Source of the DNA: Candidatus Onstottus frigus
Lineage (GTDB): Bacteria > Acidobacteriota > Blastocatellia > UBA7656
Assembly: GCA_038040445.1 (NCBI GenBank)
Contig: JBBPIG010000001.1
Coordinates: forward strand, 301,768-365,767
Direction of reading: 5' to 3'
DNA: 64,000 nucleotides
Under the pieces are notes generated by a model. It made no database searches. It was not told where the DNA came from and saw nothing but the letters and a program-made list of their open reading frames with translations. The position numbers and the translations under genes were made by a program. Below, one piece after another: positions 59,285 to 64,000 of the stretch (positions are counted from its first letter, which is position 1; every line of letters starts with the position of its first letter).

Positions 59285-61351
59285 ATGACCAGCGAACGGC
59301 ACACAAACAAACTGATCGACGAGACTAGTCCGTACCTTCTTCAACACGCGCACAATCCAGTCGAGTGGTATCCTTGGGGGCCTGAAGCTCTCGCACGCTC
59401 GCGCTCGGAAGACAAACCAATTCTTCTTTCAATCGGCTATTCCGCTTGCCATTGGTGCCATGTGATGGAGCACGAGTCGTTCGAGAACGAAGACATCGCC
59501 AGGCTGATGAACGAGAATTTCGTCTGCATAAAAGTAGACCGCGAAGAGCGTCCCGATCTCGACTCAATATACATGAATGCCGTTCAGATGATGACCGGCC
59601 ACGGCGGATGGCCGATGACCGTCTTTCTCACCCCCGATCTGAAACCGTTCTACGGCGGCACCTATTATCCGCCAACAGACAGCCGCGGCATGCCCGGATT
59701 TCCGCGAGTGCTAACTTCGATCACCGACTCTTACACGAACCGCAGAGCGGACATATTGGCAAGCGCGGACGCGATCACCGCTGAGTTGAAAAAGAGCGAT
59801 CGATTCATCGCATCAAACGAAATGCTGACGACCGAAGTATTGAACCAGGCGTTCTCTGGTCTGGCCGGCAGCTTCGACAACAAGCATGGTGGCTTCGGTA
59901 GCGCGCCTAAGTTCCCCCCTTCGATGACGCTGATGTCGTTGCTGCGTCATCACAAGCGCACGCACTCGCCGGAGGCTTTGAACATGGTCGAGACGACACT
60001 TCAGAAGATGGCCGGCGGCGGAATGTACGATCATCTCGGGGGCGGGTTCGCGCGGTATTCGGTCGATGCTCGGTGGCTGGTTCCTCACTTTGAAAAGATG
60101 CTCTATGACAACGCGCTACTGACTCGGATCTACCTGTATGCATATCAGGAAACGAAGAATCCGGTTTACCGGCGAATCGCGGAAGAGACGCTCGAATACA
60201 TCATTCGCGATATGACCGACCGCAGCGGCGGGTTCTATTCGTCGGAGGACGCCGACAGCGAAGGCGAAGAAGGAAAGTTCTATGTTTGGACCAGGGGCGA
60301 AGTGCTGAGCATTCTCGGCGGAGAGGACGGTGAGATCTTCTGCGACTTTTTCGACGTGACCAAGGAGGGCAACTTTGAACACGGCAACTCTATTCTCAAC
60401 ACGCCTCGTTTGCTTGAAGAGTTCGCCGTGGAAAAAGGCGGAAGCGTCGAGGAGATCAGCAGGATAATCAACGCGTGCAAGCGAAAGCTCTTCTATGCGC
60501 GTGAACAGCGAGTGAGGCCGGGGCGCGATGACAAGACGCTTGCTGCGTGGAACGGGCTTATGCTGACGGCGTTCGCTGAAGCCGCGAACATCCTGGGGCG
60601 CGACGACTATCGAGAGGTCGCGGTGCGCAACGCGGAGTTCCTCACAACGCAGTTGATGAAGGACGGGCGATTGTTGCGCACTTACAAAGCGGGTCAGGCG
60701 AAACTGAACGGCTACCTCGAGGACTACGCGTACGTGATCGAGGGTCTGCTCGCGGTTTACGAAGCGACTTTTGAGATGAGATTCTTCACGCCAGCTCGCC
60801 AGCTCGCGGACACTATGATAGCCCGGTTCTGGGATGAGCAAGACGGGGGGTTCTACTTCACATCGTCGGATCACGAAGAGCTGATTACGCGCACGAAGGA
60901 CTACTTTGACAACGCGACGCCCTCGGGGAATTCGGTTTCCGCGATCGCGCTTCTAAAACTGGGACTCCTCACTCAAGGTCAGGAATACTCGCGATGCGCC
61001 GTAACGATTCTGCGGGCGATGCGTCCGGCAATGAGCCGCTACCCGAGCGCGTTCGGGTACATGCTGGGCGCGCTCGATTTCTATCTCTCGGAGCCTAAGG
61101 AAATCGCAATCGCCGGCAAACTTGATTCGCACGAAGTCAGATCATTCGTCGAAGAAATCCATTCTCGCTATCTGCCTAACAAGGTTGTCGCGGCGTGCGA
61201 GCCTGACGCCGAGGGCGCCGCGTCGGAGATTCAGTTGTTGATGGGAAGAACTGCAATTGACGGCAAGGCTACGGCATACGTATGCCGCAACTACACGTGC
61301 CTCAAGCCGGCTACAACCGTCGAAGAACTCGCTGCGCGACTGGAAGAATAA
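59285..61351 (+). CDS. thioredoxin-domain protein YyaL (DUF255 plus six-hairpin glycosidase-like domain)
   Basis: [21 protein letters not shown]...[19 protein letters not shown]-terminal thioredoxin-like domain with CxxC. 688 aa. Confidence 0.85.
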   Translation: MTSERHTNKLIDETSPYLLQHAHNPVEWYPWGPEALARSRSEDKPILLSIGYSACHWCHVMEHESFENEDIARLMNENFVCIKVDREERPDLDSIYMNAVQMMTGHGGWPMTVFLTPDLKPFYGGTYYPPTDSRGMPGFPRVLTSITDSYTNRRADILASADAITAELKKSDRFIASNEMLTTEVLNQAFSGLAGSFDNKHGGFGSAPKFPPSMTLMSLLRHHKRTHSPEALNMVETTLQKMAGGGMYDHLGGGFARYSVDARWLVPHFEKMLYDNALLTRIYLYAYQETKNPVYRRIAEETLEYIIRDMTDRSGGFYSSEDADSEGEEGKFYVWTRGEVLSILGGEDGEIFCDFFDVTKEGNFEHGNSILNTPRLLEEFAVEKGGSVEEISRIINACKRKLFYAREQRVRPGRDDKTLAAWNGLMLTAFAEAANILGRDDYREVAVRNAEFLTTQLMKDGRLLRTYKAGQAKLNGYLEDYAYVIEGLLAVYEATFEMRFFTPARQLADTMIARFWDEQDGGFYFTSSDHEELITRTKDYFDNATPSGNSVSAIALLKLGLLTQGQEYSRCAVTILRAMRPAMSRYPSAFGYMLGALDFYLSEPKEIAIAGKLDSHEVRSFVEEIHSRYLPNKVVAACEPDAEGAASEIQLLMGRTAIDGKATAYVCRNYTCLKPATTVEELAARLEE

Positions 61352-61356
61352 TTCAG

Positions 61357-61579
61357 CCCAGGCGTTCACGCTCGCGGTCGGTTTTCAATAGCCCAGGCGT
61401 TCACGCCTGGGTCACGCGTGCCGCCCGACCAGATAGCCCGGTTCACCGGGCTTTGGTTTGGCCTTCAGGCAATTGTTCAACTCAGGATTCGAAATTCAAA
61501 AGCTAAAGCGGCTTGGAAAGCCCCGTGAACGGGGCTAACCTGACCATCCCCACACGCAACCCAGGCGTGAACGCCTGGG
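61357..61579. repeat. about 190-bp MITE/REP-like element made of four short hairpins arranged as an imperfect inverted repeat, plus a truncated upstream half-copy at 61357-61371
   Basis: Hairpin 1 cccaggcg-ttca-cgcctggg at 61392-61411. Hairpin 2 agcccgg-ttca-ccgggct at 61435-61452. Hairpin 3 agccccg-tgaa-cggggct at 61519-61536. Hairpin 4 cccaggcg-tgaa-cgcctggg at 61560-61579. Located between convergent gene ends. Confidence 0.6.
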
Positions 61580-61661
61580 CTAATGGAAAAATCGCGGTCG
61601 GTGGCGTTCAGGTTCAAGCAGTGTCGAAACGTCTCGGCTATCGGAACCCCCCAGCAATCAT

Positions 61662-62594
61662 TCACTTGACTCTTATCTCGAAGATTCGCGGCCAGAGCTT
61701 CCCGGTCACGAAGATTCGCTTCTGCTCGGCGTCGTAGGCTATCCCGTTCAGTACATCCTCGGTTCCCTTCCTGTCGGAAGGCGCGAGAATCCCTTTCAGA
61801 TTCAAGAATGATGTGACCTGTCCCGTCGAAGGGTCGATGCGCAAGACTAGATCACTCTGCCACACGTTCGCCCATATCTCGCCGTCGATGAATTCCAGTT
61901 CGTTCAACTCGTGAATCGGTTGACCGTTCATCTTCACAGCAAGCGTTTTGACCGGCTTGAATGTTTGAGGGTCAAAATAAAACAGGTCGCTGCTGCCATC
62001 ACTTAAGATCAAGTTCTTGCCGTCGTAAGTAAGTCCCCAGCCCTCCGTGTCGTAGTTGAATTCCTGAAGCAGCCGGAAGGTCTCGACGTCATATACAAGC
62101 CCGCGATGCGCAGTCCAGGTAAGCTGGATCAATCGGCCATCAACCAGCGCCAGCCCTTCGCCAAACAGTTGCGGAGGAAGGCTGGTTTCTTTCAGGACTC
62201 TGCCAGATGGAAACTCCAAACGCCGCAGCTTTGATTGACCGTACAAGCCGGTGCTTTCATAGAAACCACCGTCCCTCCACAAGAGACCCTGCGTGAACGA
62301 GGCCGGATCGTGAGGATAGCCGTTGATGACTTCGTAAGACTGCTGCCGCGCTCGTCCGTCCGAAACAGGTGGTGTATTGCCCGCCGCGCCGTTGGACCGG
62401 CCCGCCGGGCTCGAGCGCATGAATGCGAGTATAAGGAGCCCGGCGCCGACTGCTACAACCAGGACTGCCGCGGCGATCACAACGCCAGATGGCCTTCGTT
62501 TGGAACTCGGCATCTCGCGTGGGGTCTTTGCCGGCTCTCTCGCCATGGATCTTTTTCTCCTGGTGCGAAGGGGAAACCGATTATACGCTCGCAC
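61662..62594 (-). CDS. glutamine cyclotransferase (bacterial/plant-type glutaminyl cyclase, beta-propeller)
   Basis: YEVINGYPHDPASFTQGLLWRDGGFYESTGLYGQSKLRRLE and a repeated blade pattern. N-terminal TM anchor. The true start may be internal (MAREPAK). Confidence 0.7.
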   Translation of the reverse strand: MRAYNRFPLRTRRKRSMAREPAKTPREMPSSKRRPSGVVIAAAVLVVAVGAGLLILAFMRSSPAGRSNGAAGNTPPVSDGRARQQSYEVINGYPHDPASFTQGLLWRDGGFYESTGLYGQSKLRRLEFPSGRVLKETSLPPQLFGEGLALVDGRLIQLTWTAHRGLVYDVETFRLLQEFNYDTEGWGLTYDGKNLILSDGSSDLFYFDPQTFKPVKTLAVKMNGQPIHELNELEFIDGEIWANVWQSDLVLRIDPSTGQVTSFLNLKGILAPSDRKGTEDVLNGIAYDAEQKRIFVTGKLWPRIFEIRVK

Positions 62595-62739
62595 GTCCGA
62601 AAGTCATGACATATCCTTTCGCTTCTCCCAATCAACCGGCGTTGGAAAACGCATAAACCCAGTCTATACTCGCCACGGCGGCGTCTAACATAGTTCAGAC
62701 CGAACCACTATTACCATTCTGTCGAGGAGTCCCAAAAGA

Positions 62740-64000
62740 ATGAAAACGATGAGAAGCGCCTCTGGAATCACCGCACCACTCCTGGTCATATTCTTCACAG
62801 CAGTGTGCGCGGCTGGACCTCTAACCGATCGGCCGCAGCCCCGCGAAATCAAAATCACCGCGCGCGGATTCGACTTCAGCCCGAAGACCATCCACGTGAA
62901 CAAGGGCGAACACATCAAACTCGTCGTCACCTCCGAGGATGTCGATCACGCGTTCGCGATCAAAGAATTTGACATCGATCAGGAAATCAAGGCACGGCAG
63001 ACGAAGGTGATCGAGTTGACTCCAAACAAGGTGGGCCGATATCACCTCTCCTGTACGGCTTTTCGCGAAGACGGCCGTCCCGAGATGGCCGGTGAGTTGG
63101 TCGTGACAGGATCATCCGAGGAGGCGCCTTCAAAGATGAAGGTGACATTCGACTCGAACGCTCGAGGGGTGGTGATAGTCGAATCCGCAGGCGAGCGCTT
63201 GAGGATTGATACCTCAAACAAAACCGTCGAGCGGATCTCCGAGCCTGTTGCGGCGCAGGCGCAGAAGCCGAAAGAACCAACCCAGCCGGCCCAAACCAAG
63301 GAGCGCGAGAGCAGCAAGGCATACGAGCCGTACGATTACCACATCGTAAACATCCCGACGCCGAAAGCGGTGCGGCGACACAGCCTTAACATGCATTTCA
63401 CCCACCGGTTTCAAGAGATGATCACGCCGTTTGACTTGGAGGATGCCGATGAGCACATAGCGCGAATCTCCAAGGATCTGCTGGGGCTGGATAGCTCTGC
63501 GGTCTCGTCATTCGGGTTCACGTACGGGATAACTGACCGGCTGTACGCCAATGTCTACCGCTCACCGATCTGTGAGCCCGGACTTTGCAAGACAATCGAA
63601 CTCGGTCTCGGATATCACCTTCTCGACGAAGCCGGCCGTTCTCCCATTGCGTTGTCGGCCTACACGAGCATTGAGGGCGATTACAATTTTACCGAGCGAT
63701 ACACTTATAACTTTCAGGCGATGATCGGCCGGAGCCTCACGAAGTATCTCAATTTGTTTTTCTCGCCGGCCGCCCACATCAATGCTAACGGCAGCGATCG
63801 ATTCAAGGAATTCTTATCGTCCCAGCCGCTGGCCGCGAAGCTCAGACTCGGCCAGCATACCGGGTCGTTCGGGTTTGGAATGAACGCGCGAATCCGGCCC
63901 ACGACCTCTCTGCTCTTCGAGTACACGCCGCGGGTCGGCTTTAAGTTGGGGCGGATAACTCCGAACTTCGATCCGAACATCGGACAGGTCACCGGATTCA
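62740..64000 (+). CDS. secreted cupredoxin-like domain protein fused to a C-terminal domain of unknown function; partial, runs off the window end
   Basis: Not in the ORF track because no stop lies within the window. My own translation from the ATG at 62740 is open to 64000. Signal peptide present. Cupredoxin-like segment ITARGFDFSPKTIHVNKGEHIKLVVTSEDVDHAFAIKEFDID...GRYHLSCTAF...M with His/Cys/Met candidates. Confidence 0.55.
   Translation, partial: MKTMRSASGITAPLLVIFFTAVCAAGPLTDRPQPREIKITARGFDFSPKTIHVNKGEHIKLVVTSEDVDHAFAIKEFDIDQEIKARQTKVIELTPNKVGRYHLSCTAFREDGRPEMAGELVVTGSSEEAPSKMKVTFDSNARGVVIVESAGERLRIDTSNKTVERISEPVAAQAQKPKEPTQPAQTKERESSKAYEPYDYHIVNIPTPKAVRRHSLNMHFTHRFQEMITPFDLEDADEHIARISKDLLGLDSSAVSSFGFTYGITDRLYANVYRSPICEPGLCKTIELGLGYHLLDEAGRSPIALSAYTSIEGDYNFTERYTYNFQAMIGRSLTKYLNLFFSPAAHINANGSDRFKEFLSSQPLAAKLRLGQHTGSFGFGMNARIRPTTSLLFEYTPRVGFKLGRITPNFDPNIGQVTGF

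Overview
High-GC (about 60 percent) bacterial chromosomal segment, plausibly from an Acidobacteria-like organism (inferred from the giant HEAT-repeat protein, the FHA-trypsin protease and many secreted TPR/lipoproteins). Most of it is housekeeping: recA, the dnaG-rpoD operon, yicC-gmk-rpoZ-coaBC, cdaA-cdaR-glmM, uppP, rocA-type P5C dehydrogenase, an MsbA-like ABC exporter, PspA, RqcH/NFACT, and a PilN/PilO-like cluster. Accessory content stands out in three places. (1) At the 3' end of tRNA-Phe (6179-6254) there is a lower-GC type I restriction-modification module: hsdM with an unusually long coiled-coil C-terminus, then hsdS, then a small basic ORF and a 564-aa AlbA_2/HATPase_c_4 (RecG-like, Schlafen-type) gene in the same transcriptional unit. 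No hsdR is visible in the window. (2) A low-GC islet at about 54.4-57.8 kb carries a tightly coupled trio: DUF1697, a small cytoplasmic peptidase M15-like zinc hydrolase, and a DUF2235 (Tle1-like alpha/beta hydrolase). It is followed by a frameshifted and truncated MFS transporter remnant. This is my best candidate for an undescribed module. (3) A pair of overlapping 78-aa ORFs with toxin-antitoxin-like organisation (29382-29851) sits next to a 190-bp nested palindromic element, and an orphan RHH-antitoxin-like ORF lies at 35301. The window also contains several dispersed hairpin/MITE-like repeat elements (26000-26226, 39835-39999, 61357-61579, 29894-30080, 35766-35860, 53131-53220), mostly at convergent gene ends. 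A 10-bp motif GAACCCGTTC occurs twice in the recA divergent promoter region. No CRISPR array, integrase or transposase was recognised.
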